From contig MU054049.1 of the NCBI GenBank assembly GCA_013239625.1, positions 259,015-323,014 on the forward strand: 64,000 nt of DNA. The letters are read 5' to 3'. The notes beneath the pieces are model-generated. The model ran no database searches. It had not been told where the DNA came from and saw nothing but the letters and a program-made list of their open reading frames with translations. Source of the stretch: Lama guanicoe (taxonomy: Eukaryota). Each line of letters begins with the position of its first letter. Positions within the stretch are counted from its first letter, which is position 1. A program made the position numbers and the translations under genes. Positions 1-13,100 of the stretch are shown one piece after another.

Positions 1-1516
1 TTGGGGAAAAAACAGTTTCCCGATGAGCCTTGTGAATATCTGCACAGGGATTTGCAACAGGTCTTTTGTGATGGCTGGGCTATCAGTGGGCAGGATGGAA
101 CTCTGTAAAACCTAGAAGGAACCATTACGTGGGAGCTGAGAGCTTAGTAAAGATACCAAGGTTGTGCAGCGCTAGGAGGTGTCAGAGTTGCAGCTGAACC
201 AGAGTTCAGGTATAACTCTGCCTCAGAAAGACTTCACCTAAGAGTAAGAATTCTACCCTTACTTACCCTACCTAGGAGTAAGGGTCTTGCCCTAGGATTA
301 AGTTAAGAAGCTAAGTTAAAAAGGGAATAAACAAATAAACCAAACCAACTACACTTAGGCCCTTCCTAACAGAGGCTAAAATCAATCCTGACAGAACAAA
401 AAGGATCTACTGATAATTCAGTTGCCTGCCAAATAGAGCTCAACATCCTATGAAGGAGAATGAGACAACCCAGACATCCTATATTATGTTAGCTAACGTA
501 TCTAGCACTCAATGAAAAATATTACATATGAAGAAACTGGGAAATATGACCCTTTATCAAAGGCACAGGAAAACATGATTCATAATAATACCAAAAAAAA
601 AAAAAGTCAGTGGAAACAGAACCCAAGGTAATACAGATGCAGAACAATGGACAAGGTCATTAAAGAAGAAACCTACCTTAAAAAGGTAGGTTTAAGGACT
701 TAAAGAAAAATATGGACATACTGAAGCAAATGAAAATTCTAGAAAAGAAAAGTAAAATATCTAAAATGAGAAATACGTTTACAAGGAATAATGGAAGATA
801 AACATCTGCTAAGGAATAATTATTGAATGGAGGTGGATGCAGATCAATTAATACTTTCAAATCAGAAGAGCAAAGGAAATAACAGACTGATAAAAAGAGC
901 AGATCCTCAGGCACCTGTAGGATAATAACAAGCAGTTTAGCATATGTGTAATTTGAATCCCAGAAAAGTAGAAGACAGGATAAGGCAGAAAAAAATATTT
1001 GAAGAAATAATATCCCAAATTTCCCCAAACTTAGTGAAAAACAAACCTATGGATTCAAGAAGTTCAGCAAATGACGAGCAAGAAAAATACAAGGAAAAGC
1101 ATATGTGGTCAGATCATAGTTAAACTGCTGAAAACTAAAGATAGCATGAAAATCTTTAAAGCAGCTGAAGAAAGAAGCGAACATACAGAGAAAAATGATT
1201 AAAATGATGGGTGGCTTACTACCATAAACTATGGAAGCCAGAAGACTATGGAACACTTTTTAAAATGCCGAGTGGAAAAAGGTGTCAATCCACAGTTCTG
1301 TATCCACCAAAGCTATCTTCCACATACATTGGTGAAATAAAGATATTCTCACCTACAGGAAAGCTGAGAGCATTTTTAACCAGTAGAGCTTCCATACAGA
1401 ACCACTAAGGGAAGTTCTTCAGGCTGAAAGGAAATGACACCAGATAGAAACGTGTACCTGGGAATAAGAGTAGCAGAGTGTATATATATTTCCATTTTCT
1501 TTGGTATTTATATATA

Positions 1517-1559
<43 letters not shown>

Positions 1560-3347
1560 ACATATATATATATATAAATATAAAGACCATTTTTTATTTT
1601 TATTAAATAATATATGACTAGCTAAAGCAAAAATAACATTGTATTCTCTATAAATGTTATATTATATTCTATCACATTATATTTACTACATATAAGGGTG
1701 AAAAACTTATAGTAATAGTATAAGGAATGGAATTTGATTGTTTAAAATTCTTATACTTTACATGAAATTACTATATTGATTCTATGTAGACTACAAATTG
1801 AGAATGTATATTATTATCCTTAGAGAAACCATTAAAAACTAATGTAAAGTTTTATAACTAAAGAGCAAATAAAGAACTGTAAATGGAATACTTAAGATAA
1901 TTTAACTAAAAAAAAGACAAAAAGCAGGAACACAGGAATGAAACAAATGGGACAACTAGAAACAAGATGGTAGACTTAAAATTCATCTATTCCTAATTAT
2001 ATTAAATAAAACTGGACTAAACACTCCAGTCAAAAGGCAGAACATGCCAGAACAGGAAATGGAACAAATCTGACAGTGCACTGACTACAGAAGTTGTGCT
2101 TGAACCACAAATACACAAGAGGTTGAAAGTAAAAGATGAAAAATCTGCACTATGCAAACAGGAAACATAAGAAAGCAGTTATGTCCAAATGAAAGTCAGA
2201 AAAAGTAGACTTCAAGACAAAAAGTATTTCAGAGATACAGAGATACAGTTTTACCATAATAAAATGATCAACTCATCAAGAACAGTAACAGTCCCAAAAT
2301 TATATGCATCATACAACAGAGTTCAAAATACATAAAGCAAATTTGACAGTGAAATAGAAAAATGTATAATTATAGTTGGAAATTTTAACACCCCTTTGTT
2401 AGTAATTAACAGGACTAGACCCCAAAGATCTAGTAAGATACAGAAGGTTAGAACAAATCAACAACCAGCTTGACTTAATTGATATTGATAGGACACTGCA
2501 CTAAAAAACTGTAGAATATACATTACCTTCAAGTAAACTTGGAATAGTCCCACGACAGATTATATGCTGGGTCATAAAATGTCTCAATAAATTTAAAAAG
2601 ATTGAAATATAACAAAATATACCTTCTGACTGTAGTAAAATTAGAAATCAAGAACAATAAATAGAAAAATCTCAAATATTTGAAAATTAAGTGGTACACT
2701 TTAAAATAACCTATCACCAAAGAAGAAAGAAAATTCAGAATTTAGAAAATATTTTAAACTGAGTGATACCTGAAAACACAACATATAAACATTTATGGGA
2801 TGCAATTAAGCAGTGCTTAGGGAGAAATTTGTACCTTGAAGTATTTATATTAGAAGGAAAAAAGTTTCCACCTAACGAAGTTTGAAAAAGAAGGAAAAAA
2901 AATAAGTAGGAGGAAGCCTTGAATAGATATTTTGAAAAAGAAGTTCATAACGGTACAGCCACTTTGGTGTCTATTTTTGATTCTAAGATTAACCAACAAT
3001 GGCTCAGCAACTGGGCTCCTAGTTATTTACCAAAGAAAAGTGAAAACGTATGTTCAAAGAAAGACTTGTACTAGGATGTTCAGAGCACTTTTATCCACTT
3101 TTGTTCAAAAATGCATAAAAATTGGAAACTACCCAAATGTTTATCAACAGGACATAGATAAATAAATTGTCACATGTTCATGCAATGAAATTTACTCATC
3201 ACGGAAACAGAATAACTATTGATCCACACAACAGCATGAATGAATCTTGAAGACATTCTGTTAAACAAATGAAGCCAGGCACAAAACAATACATACTGTA
3301 TGATTTCATTTTTCTGAAGTTCAAGAGCAAAACAAATCCATGGTGAC
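1..3347 (+). mobile_element. Old L1 (L1MC/L1ME-like): 5' region, decayed ORF1, ORF2 endonuclease part, then a jump to the ORF2 end/3'UTR
   Basis: The + strand is A-rich. ORF 1211..1408 contains CQSTVLYPPKLS..GEIKIFS..KLRAFLTSR, which resembles the L1 ORF1p C-terminus (CQPRILYPAKLSF..GEIK.F). Endonuclease-like DNA lies at ~1990-2900 and L1 3' sequence starts at ~2950. Many stops and frameshifts. Confidence 0.85.
1508..1578. repeat. (TA)n microsatellite
   Basis: Long TA run visible inside the L1. Confidence 0.95.
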
Positions 3348-3853
3348 TGTGTTATTTATTGTTGCATGACAAATTGTGCCAAAATTCATTTGCTTAAACT
3401 ATCAAGCATGTATTATCTCATGGTTTCTGGGGGTCAGGAGTCCAGGCACAGCTTAGCTTTGGTTCAGACTCTCTCCCAGACTTCAAGGTGTTGGCCAGGG
3501 CTGAAGTCATCTCAAAGCTTGACTAGGGGACTGACTGTTCTTAAGGTCACTAGTGTGGCTGTTGGCAGATCTCAGGTGCTTGGTAGCTGTGGGCTGGAGA
3601 CATCGGTTCCTTGCCATATGGACCTCTCCTTATGGGTCTATCCCATGGCATTTGGCTTTCCCCCGAGATAGGGTTCCAGGAGAGAGTGCAAGAGATGGAG
3701 AGAAAAACAAATGTAGTAATCTCTTTGTAACCTACCCTCAGAAGAGACAGCACATCATTTGGTGCAGCCCATATACCAATGGACGGGATCACACAAAGGC
3801 TTAAATACCAAAGTGGGAATCCTTAGGGGCCATCTTAGAAGCTGCCCACCACA
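3348..3853 (-). mobile_element. MaLR solo LTR (MLT1 family) inserted in the L1 3' end
   Basis: TG...CA ends and a 5-bp TSD GTGAC (3343-3347)/GAGAC (3854-3858). Typical MLT1 text: ggtttctgggggtcaggagtccaggcacagcttagct ... ggggccatcttagaagctgcccaccaca. Confidence 0.85.
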
Positions 3854-4065
3854 GAGACAGAAATCAGAACAGCAGTTTCCTACAAGTAATGGAATTTTCT
3901 GGAAGGGGACTCAAATAAACTTTCTGGGGTGATGGAAATATTCTATATTTGATTGAGTTGTTGGTTATATGGGCATATATGTTTGTCAAGTCTCCTCAGT
4001 TTATGCACTTCATACCTGTACATTTCACTACATGTAAATGCTTCTTCAATTTAAAAATATTTTTT
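3854..4065 (+). mobile_element. Continuation of the old L1 3' end
   Basis: actttctggggtgatggaaatattctatatttgatt ... catttcactacatgtaaat is a typical L1MC/ME terminus. Confidence 0.8.
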
Positions 4066-5804
4066 AAAAGGACAATTTGTCATTTTAGATATAATTCGAA
4101 TGAATGCAGACTCTTATATAGCAGACCAAATAGAAGTAACCACAGAAAAACACATTCATTTATCATGCTACACTTCAAGTATCTAAACTTCGTAAAGTCA
4201 AAGGAACACAAATGCTGTATTTTTACAAGGCTCTATTTACTCTCCTCTGGGAAGGGTGTTCAAGGTTTTTAGCCAAACCTCTAAGACTTGGTTGGGGATC
4301 TGAGGACAACCAGCCACAGCCTCTTCTTTTAAAGTCCCTGTCTACTTCTCAAAAAGGGGGAAAGACAGGCAGTCCTGTTTAGGAGCTTAGCGCCCTCCAG
4401 GGAGATGAGACATGGATCTGAAATCGGTATTGGGACTGAGGACAATTGCCCAGAACCAATTCCCTGACTTAGGATGCAGTCCTTCTAGCGGGGGTCACAA
4501 GGCTTTTTGGACGACAAATACCTCTTACAAAAGAGTGTTTTGACAAATCAAGCATCAGTGAATCAGAAACAGGCGGCTTGTATTTCTCTTAAAATAGACC
4601 AGGATTTAAAAAGTAAGACAGGACTTGCGTGGCCAAGTACTCTTGAAGTTTTCCAGACCTAAAACATTTAGAAAAGCAGTTCCATCTACTTTGAAAACCA
4701 AGAGTGCATGTAAATTGTCATCTTTTGGATGACATCCACTGAAAATGAACTGTTTTGCTCCTTATCCATTTGCCATTCTTGAATGGTGACAATGGCTAGG
4801 TCTGTTACCATGGGTTCACGTGTTCTCCGTTATTCACTGAAAGCCATCCATGTTTCAGGCACCATGCTAAGCATGGGAAAACTGACCAGGCAGCTAGCTC
4901 TTCCACTCCATACGACAGATTTAGCCAAAGGAGAGGAATTGAACCCTCTTCCCAAAGATCAGATTGGCTGAACATGCAGTCAGTTCCCATGGTAGCCGTG
5001 AGATCTTTACTTTGGTGACTAGGTTTTAGCAGAAGACAATTCTAGCACCGGCCTCCAGTGAACCAGTGACTCTGGGGACTCATGGCACCAAGATCAAATA
5101 TTCCCAGGGTTACTGAACCCATTAGGTCATATATTAGAGAGGAAATGTGCAAAGGCTTATGTGTATATTTGCTATGTCTTTAGTTGGGCTCCATCCTCTC
5201 CCTCTGAAGCAGTGGGGAGGGCTGCCTGACAATGATGCAAACTCAAAGTGAAGCGTGGTTTTGGAAAATCACATCCAATAACTGTGTAACACAAGCCTGG
5301 GGTTGTTTGAAATCCAGAGAAAGTTCTGACTGGAGAAGAGTAGCCCTTCTCAACCTCAGGAGAGGTGGAAGGAGCTGCAAGGGTCACTGACAAGTCCCCA
5401 TGGACACACACAGCTCCATTTCTGCTGTCCTCTCAGGACTCAGTCCCTCCAGCCATTGTAGCATGGGGCAGTCTGGAGGCAGTAAAGTCCCAACTGGTGT
5501 GTTCTCATCATCCTCCTTTCCTACAAACAAACAGGAAGAATGTGAAGAATCTATTGTCAGTGGATCCTAGAAACACTTCCAATGCCAAATTTCAAGGACC
5601 CACTTATTTTCTATAACATTCTTTAACAGCTGTGGGTTGCAGCACACTGTAGCAAAAAAAAAAAAAGTGCACGGACTTTGAACCATTCTCCAATGAATTT
5701 CCTTAAGTACATGATTTATCTTCTCTGAGCTTCAGAAGAGTGGTACCTGCCGAGAAGTGGAAGACAAGAGGAGAGACAGCACAAGATTGGAAATGGACTG
5801 CCGT

Positions 5805-5897
5805 GAGGGCCATGTTATTGCACAATTCTAGGGCGCACTGTTGATATTTTATCCCATGTAAATGGTGCCCCTGGAATTGTGCAACTCAGTGCTATGG
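5805..5897. mobile_element. MER91-like hAT miniature inverted-repeat element
   Basis: Palindromic arms ttgcacaattctagggcgcac / gtgcccctggaattgtgcaa, with an 8-bp TSD ACTGCCGT (5797-5804)/ACTGCCAT (5898-5905). Confidence 0.8.
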
Positions 5898-5929
5898 ACT
5901 GCCATTCACAGGCCCAGGGACTGGGACTT

Positions 5930-6900
5930 CAACTTCCTAGTGGGTAAGAACCCTGAGCCGCTTTCATAAGACTTTGTTCTGAGATGCAGACCACAGGAAG
6001 CCTGGCTGAATCTGGGAAACCACCAGGCAGTAAGAAGAGAATTTGGAAAGAAAACTTTAAAAATAATAACCAGAAAAATAAAACCCACAGCAAGATGAGC
6101 CTCAAAGCCAAAAGTATGAAACAAACAAGAAAGGATAACACTGTGAATGACAGTTAACAAATCCAATAAATGGCAGAACTAACCTTCAGAGAAAGTGAAA
6201 GTACAAAAGTCATTGGAAAAGGACTTTGAACTTGGTAAACTTAAAATTCGTCTGGTAGGGGGAAGGTATAGCTCAGTGGTAGCGTGCGTGCTTAGCATGC
6301 ATGAGGTCCTGGGTTCAATCCCTAGTACATCCATTAAAATAAATAAACAAGAAATGTAATTACCTCCCTCCCCAAAATTAAAAAAAATTCCTCTACAGAC
6401 AAAGGAAGGAATACATTCATAAAATCAAAATAGGAGGTTATAAATCAAATATCAGAGGCTATAAAATAGAACAGGAGCATACAAAAAAAATTAGAAATCT
6501 GTAAGTGGAAAGTAGTCATTGAAACAAAAAACAAATGATGATAGAAGAGAGAAACAGAGAACTGAACAGATTCAAAGAGCACTGATGATTGAGAAAAACA
6601 AACTATGAAGTAGCTCTAAGACCTAGTTAGTAAAGAGAGGGAGGAGGAGGAGAAGGAGAAGAAGGAAAAGAAGAAGAAGAAATGGAAAATATGACAAAGA
6701 AGTTAACAGATGTGAGGGATAGATTAAGAATCTTCAACACACAGCTAACTAGAGCTCCATAATGAGAGAAAAGAGGCAATGTTAAAGAGATAGTAGCTGC
6801 TAATATTCCAGAATGGAAGAAAGAAAGACAAGTGTCCTCAGATTGAAAAAGTTTATAGAATGCCAAGCTAGATCACTTTAAAAATGAATCTGGTACAATT
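5930..6900 (+). mobile_element. Decayed L1/HAL1 ORF1-region fragment
   Basis: A-rich coiled-coil-like DNA with ORF1-like text (ctagagctccataatgagagaaaagag ... tcagattgaaaaagtttatagaatgcca). Interrupted by a SINE. Confidence 0.6.
6258..6388 (+). mobile_element. tRNA-derived SINE, camelid vic-1-like
   Basis: Head ggaaggtatagctcagtggtag (A box) ... gggttcaatccc (B box), followed by an AT-rich segment, taattacctccc and an A tail. Partial flanking repeat aaaattc.tct. Confidence 0.85.
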
Positions 6901-8379
6901 CTAAATACCCACTAAGGGGGTTATTCTTTCACAGAAGAAAGGAAAGGCCACTGAACCCACCAACACACCCCAGGACAGTATACTTTATGCTCTACACACA
7001 GTCACTCTCAACTGCACACCCCGCTCTTCCTCTCCAGTGAGCACCTGCATCTTGTACATCCTCACATATCTGCCATCAATCATCCTCATAGTCGACACCC
7101 CACACCATCATTCTCTCAGGCACCCCTGCTCTCACCTGCTAACCCTCCTCAACTATGCAAATCCCATTCAGTCACACATGCTGTAGGACTGTCCCCGTGC
7201 TGGCCAACCCCCTCAGTGACCCACACAGAACCTCTCTTTGGCATCATCATCATCTTGTCTTCTATTCCCAAATCCTCTGTTCTCCCTTTATCAACCTCAT
7301 ATATTCCATGCTATTTCCCTCAGACGTGAATCAAAGACCATGGAGACTTAGGCAGTAGGAGGAGATATTTTGGAGTCAGAAAATTCCAGGCTCCCTTCTG
7401 AGCCCTGCTTGCCAGCTGCCATCTTTCTACTTTTTTGGGTTCATACAATCACAGAGTCCCTAGGTAGGCCAGTTTCCAGCCAGTAGGTCCATTTCTTCTA
7501 AGCATCCTCAGCAAAGGCTTATTCGGTCCCTTCTGGAACATTCCTGTGATAGGGGACCATCTACATTTAGTGCCTCTAACTAGTGGGGAAGAAAAATGTT
7601 TCCTAACGTAGAAGACAGACTCTCAGTCTACAAACCCAATTCTACTTAATTTCTGTTTGAAAGCCTTGTACTATTAAAGTTATGGAAAAATTAAATTCTG
7701 TCAGTGGGGGTCCTCTCTTTCCCCCCCAGGGTTGTGATTACGTTCAGGAGAGGGCTTATGTCAAAGCAGCACATGACCCTTGAAGGCTCTGTCTACTTAG
7801 ATGTCTGCCAAGATGCACAGTCTCTCTGTTGCTGACCTTGGGTCCACAGAGGTCTTCACGGAGGTCCCCTCCAGCCTGTTGCTGTGGTTCCTGAAAAATC
7901 CCAAGCTGACTTCAGCTCATCTGTGCCATCATTGGGTGTTCTGGAAGTCTCTGAGGGACGTGCTGGGCACAAGAAGCTTGTGAGGCTCTCAAAGGTCCCT
8001 CCAAGCTCTCAGTTACTTACTGCTTCCTTGAAGCTCCAGCAGACTCTGCACAAGAAGTGGTCATCTCCATTCTCACCAGGTACCCTGGTCTTTCCATGTG
8101 CCCACTCCCTTCCATGCCTCCCTCAACCAAGATCTTTTCTAGCCTCTAGAAGAAGTCCTTCTTTACCTTAATGGTAACATTTTGTTCTCTCAGAGGCGTG
8201 AGATATTGTCTCCATCACAGGCTAAGATTTTAAGAAATACAAAAGTCAGGAAAGACCATTTCTCCAACACTCTCAAACTCAGAAGCTGAGAGAGAAAGTG
8301 GAAAATACTCAAGAAAATAGACGTTGGTGGTTAAATGTGCAAACGTTTAATCCACCACGCTCATATTGAATTGAACTGG

Positions 8380-8836
8380 CATGTTAGTCACAGTTCTCCA
8401 GAGAAACAGAACCACTGGCATATATATAGATACACAGAAAGAGATTATTATGAAGAATTGGTCCACATGATTACGGAGGCTGAGACATCCCACTCTCTGC
8501 CATCCACAAGCTGGAGGCCCAGGAAAGCCAGTGGGGTCCAAACTGTCTAAACCTGAGGGCCCAAGACTCAGGAGCACCTATTCCAAGGGCAGGAGAAGAT
8601 GGAGGTCTCAGCGCAGGTAGGGAGAGAAACTTCATCCTTCCTCCACCTTTTGGTACTATTCCAGCCCTCAGCAGATTGGCTGATGTCCCTGCATTGGTGA
8701 GGCTGGATCTTCTTTACTCAGTTCACCAATTCAAATGCTAATCTCTTCCTCACAGACACATCCAAAAATGATGCTTTACCAGCTCTCTGGGCATCCCTTA
8801 GCCCAGTCAACTTGACATGTAAAATGAACCTTCCCA
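8380..8836 (-). mobile_element. ERVL solo LTR (MLT2B-like)
   Basis: ttagtcacagttctccagagaaacagaacc ... ctttactcagttcaccaattcaaatgctaatctcttc ... gcccagtcaacttgacatgtaaaatgaacc. Confidence 0.85.
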
Positions 8837-8994
8837 GGGGACCTTTCTTTAGTTTCCACTCGTGAGTGTCAGTTATTCCCACGGCACATGGGACATGCCG
8901 TCTGGAGTCTGCTCGTCTTCAGGGAAAACATGTCCAACTTCTTCAATCCCGTGACACCTCTGTGGTCCCCCTCCAGGTTGGAAAATCTTTTTAA

Positions 8995-9120
8995 GAACGT
9001 TGAATGACCTTGCGCAATTTTCTTAACATTCTTGGTCCTGGTTCCTTTCTCTGTAAGATGAGGGTAAGAATAGTCCGGCTCCTGGGCTGCTGTAAACTCT
9101 TGTGACTAGCATCGTGTGGA
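8995..9120 (+). mobile_element. MIR fragment
   Basis: tgaccttgcgcaattttcttaac ... ctgtaagatgagggtaagaatag resembles the MIR core. Confidence 0.6.
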
Positions 9121-9274
9121 GTTCAGAAGACTTCCCTCCCCATCCCTCCCACGGCAATGTTCCCATAAGTTACCTGGGTTAGCTCACTCCAACTTTGCAA
9201 AACCCCGAAGAGGCAGGCTATCAATGTCCTCCCCATTTTATAGGCGGAAACAGACAGAACGGGAACTTAAAGCA

Positions 9275-9512
9275 GGAGTTCAAGATTTGCAAATATTAAC
9301 TACTATGTATAAACATAAACAAAAACCAAATTTCTTCTGTAGAGCCCAGGGAACTGTATTTATTATCTCATAGTAACCCATAATGAAAAAGAATATGAAA
9401 ACGAATATACGTATATATATGTATTATTGAAGCATTGTCCTGTACACCAGAAATTGACACACTGTACCTGACACATTGTAACTGACTATACTTCAATAAA
9501 AAAAAAAAGAAA
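9275..9512 (+). mobile_element. Young 5'-truncated L1 3' end, inserted in a minus-strand MIR
   Basis: Perfect TSD GAACTTAAAGCA (9263-9274, 9513-9524). Ends with gactatacttcaataaaaaaaa. Confidence 0.9.
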
Positions 9513-9609
9513 GAACTTAAAGCAACTTGGAAGGCAAGTTTTGGCTCAGATAGTCTGGCTCTGAAGCCCCCATTCTGCTAACTTTCCCAAAGTGTGAGCC
9601 ATGGCCTCA

Positions 9610-10170
9610 GACCCTTAAATTGCTCTCAGTTTCATCAGCCTTGTTTCATTTCTAACTTGGTCAGCTTCTATTTTCTGTCTCCCTCTCTCTTTTTCTGTTA
9701 AAAATATTTCCTGCGGCTCATCAATTTGGTAAACATATTTTTTCAAGGAATTAAACCCTATCAATTAATTTGCTGGCTTTCTTTCTAGTTTCCTTTTTTT
9801 TTTTTTTCCCTGTGTCCTTTTTCTTTCTTCCTCCCTTGCTCAGTGAGCTGGCATCTTTGTTTCTTTGCTAACTTTTTTTCAGTCATTAAACTCCTTTAGC
9901 ATTTTCATTAAAATTGCTATCTAAAGAAATGATTTTCCCTCTGAGAATGATTTGGCCTGAGTCCACACACTTCCTTAGAGTATCTGCATGTTAATTATTT
10001 TCTTAAATGTTCTTACTCTCTTTGAATTTCCTCCCTGCCTGGTTGATATTTAGGAAACTATTTTTAGATTCCGTGTGGTTAGATATTTTTATGTCCTGGC
10101 ATTTCTGTTTATTTCCAATTTTATTGTTTGAGGATTAGAATGTGAGACGTATACCTTAGGCTTTTTGCAT
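9610..10170 (-). mobile_element. Decayed old L1 fragment
   Basis: T-rich + strand with antisense ORF2-like text (attgctatctaaagaaatgattttccctctgag). Confidence 0.5.
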
Positions 10171-13100
10171 GCTCGGAAAACTCGTTGGCTGCCTGGAAAA
10201 TTCCCCTGAGCACACTTAATCCCTTGAAAAGCCTACCTCTGGCCTTCACCACTTCATGCTGGATGGCAAGGGGCCATTTCCCTGTGGATTTGTCCCAGTT
10301 GCATGAAACCTTCTGAGGAAGGGGTAGGACAACCCCCAGCCCCCAGGCAACATAGGGGTAGTTGTAGTGACCGGACACAGAGGGGCTTCAGCGGTGGCAG
10401 CCAGGTCACCCACAACTGGGGGTGAGGAGCCCAACCTACAACGGCTACAGCCAGAGCAGCCTGAATCCCTCTGAGACTGTGGGCAGATGTACCGGGACAA
10501 CTGTGACTGTGATGTAGGATGTGAATGTTCGGACTCTGGGGGACTTCAAGTGGCAGAGACTACATAGGCTTCACATGGAGCAGACTGGCATGATGTGAAT
10601 CCACGGAGATGAACAAGGAGACAGAGCACTTGGCCTCTAACCAGTCAATCACCCTCTCACTTACTTACATATATATGATGCCATCTATCAACAATGGATG
10701 AGGGTTCCACTGCCCAGGGCTCGCAGGAGGACTAAACTGGAGAAGGCCAAAGAGAGCAGAGTGAAGTGTCTGCAGCCGCAGGCTGAGTGGCTGTTGTCAT
10801 CTTAGCAGAAGCCCGTGATCAGAACCAACCCCACCATGACAGGTAGCCGGAGTCTGTAGACAGAGTAAAAGGCAGTCCGTGTGCTGCTTGAAAGCACCCT
10901 CTCTCCTAGAAGGACTTGGTGTGTGAGGAAGAGGTGGGGTCCTTCTTCTGTCACGCTCTGATTTCATTTCCGAGGAGTCGAGCGTGTTAAGTAATAGGCA
11001 CCCAAGTCAGAAGCGAAACTGGGCACATTAAGGATGTGCTTGGTCTGTTTCAGGTTGCCTCCGCCTCTCTCCTCCTCACACCCCAGTCCTGATTTCAAAT
11101 AGGGCATTTGAGACAGTCCTAACTCTGGGCTGAGTTGAGGGGTCATACCTGCTGCTGGTCCAGCTCCAGTCTTGTGTTCCGCTTCTGGTCAGTGGATTTC
11201 TGCCTTGTTCCAAAGAGATGATTCTCAAAAGAACCCCAACTCCTCATGAGTTACAGCTCATTTTTGCTCGAGCCCCCCAGGGCTGGAGACCTAACTCTGA
11301 ATCTTGCTAGGGGTCTAGGGCCGGCCTACCACCTGCCAGCCAGCCTTCCTGAAAGTCTGAACATCATCCATACCTGTGAGTAACCATCATGCACAAACTA
11401 GGCATCCTCATGTCTCTAGGTACCAGGACTGCTCCCTTGTTTTCTGTCCCATCGCTGCCTATGCCCACTGTCCCCTTTCACCTGGACCTGTGATTTATCC
11501 AGTTAAGCTAGATTTGCCCCCCCTCCCCTGGTCTCCTTATTGTCTCCCCATCCCAGTTGGGCAGGTCAAATGATAGACCTAGGACATTTCTATCATAAGT
11601 GATCCCTCTACATCCAGCTAATAAAGAAATTGTCTCCATCTAAGTTCCAAGGAAAACCTAGAAGTAGCCAAGAGATGGGTCCTTGAGATTGTCAAGCACA
11701 ATAGCTCTTATGCACTTTCTGTAGCTGATTTACAAAAGGAGACATGATTCATAGCAGTCTGAAGGCTGGATAGGGAAATTCTGGGACCACACTGGAATGG
11801 GGGAGCTGAAGAGGAAAGAGGCTTACTTACCTAAGACCTTTTCTATAGGAAATAAAAGTGAAGGGATATTGGGCTCTTATTCATGCTTCCTTCTGACAAC
11901 TTTGAGCAACGACTGTATTCCAGGTTCTAAGTTGAATACACAACAAGGGATAAAATAGACAGAGCCCCTCCAGGGCTTTCTGGAACTTACAGGCCAACTG
12001 GTTTCATCCTCACGAGAAGACCAGAAGGAAAAGGCAGCTCACATGTGGGAATAAAACCAGACCAAGCCTGAAGCCCATTACTCAGAAAACCCAAGGCTCA
12101 AATGAACAATTGTGAACCACTGTCACTAAGGCGTCTGTTGTGTTTATGGTATTCACCTCCACCCTGCGACATCAGTCCTTTTCCTGGGTAAGCACCTCTC
12201 TTAATCGGATTGTTTCAGACTAATCTGAAAATCATCTCAGCAACATCAAGACATCTGCAAATCTTCTGAGGCTACAGAAAAAAATCAGAGCCTCCCTTGA
12301 CTTCTAACACAATTCTAAACCCATAAAGAAACATGAAGCTCTGGGCATTTGCCCACTTTCAGAATTCACTGCAAAGACGTCTACATACCTCCATTGAATT
12401 GCGTTGGTAATTTGGCTTTGAAGATGACTTCTTGGCAGAACAAATCTATGACTCTTGCAGAATTGTTTCTTCAAAGGGGTGTGGAATCTAAAAGAACCGA
12501 AATGTAACTGGCGAAAGAAGGCACTCCTTATGTCTGTTGCAATCCTGCTGGACTGGGGGTTCTGGCCCTTTCTCAGATCTTGGGAAATCAGAGCTTACTC
12601 ACTCTGAGGTCAACGCAACTTCCGGTCCTGAGAAAAGAACTGTCCAAACACTCAATCACTCTTTGAGAACAACTTTAGTGACTGAAGAGTTGGAGACATA
12701 AGGCTTGCATTTCCCTTGACGTACAAAGGGGTTTAAAAATTAAGAGGAAGTCTGTAGGGAAAGGATTTGCTGACCCTAACACATTTTTTCAAAACAGTCT
12801 AAAAAGAAACACAGGCCCGGAGCCAGCTGAGCTCAAGCTCCTCAATTTCATACTAAGCAGATCAAGCTTGTAAGTTACACTATTTGCCTTGTTTTCCATC
12901 GAGACAAGAATCCCGTAGAATCAGCAGGAAGAGAAGAAAAGGAGCCATTTGATGGCCTGCCCTTGGGGAGGAAAGGATAACTGCTCCATGGAATGATTGC
13001 AAAAGCATTTGGTTCCCAGTGTCAGCTCTAGAGGGCCCAGGGCCAGAAAGGAACTGGAGGATGGTGGGCTCCACTGGGCGCTGGCATGGGGAGGGGAGGG

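Noticed and set aside
4070..5380. Processed pseudogene
   Set aside because: No recognisable protein remnant, polyA tail or TSD. Kept only as the possible UTR of the exon-chain hypothesis.
6258..6332. tRNA gene (A and B boxes); the same applies at 22007 and 58110-58188
   Set aside because: These are SINE heads: each is followed by the shared SINE body and A tail with TSDs, and the three copies are diverged.
8167..8285. Minus-strand exon candidate with a good acceptor
   Set aside because: Stops in all three frames and a mediocre donor. It is only relevant if the transcript is non-coding.
10655..10770. Minus-strand exon candidate with a GTAAGT donor
   Set aside because: It lies in MIR-like sequence and the donor context is weak (TAT|GT).
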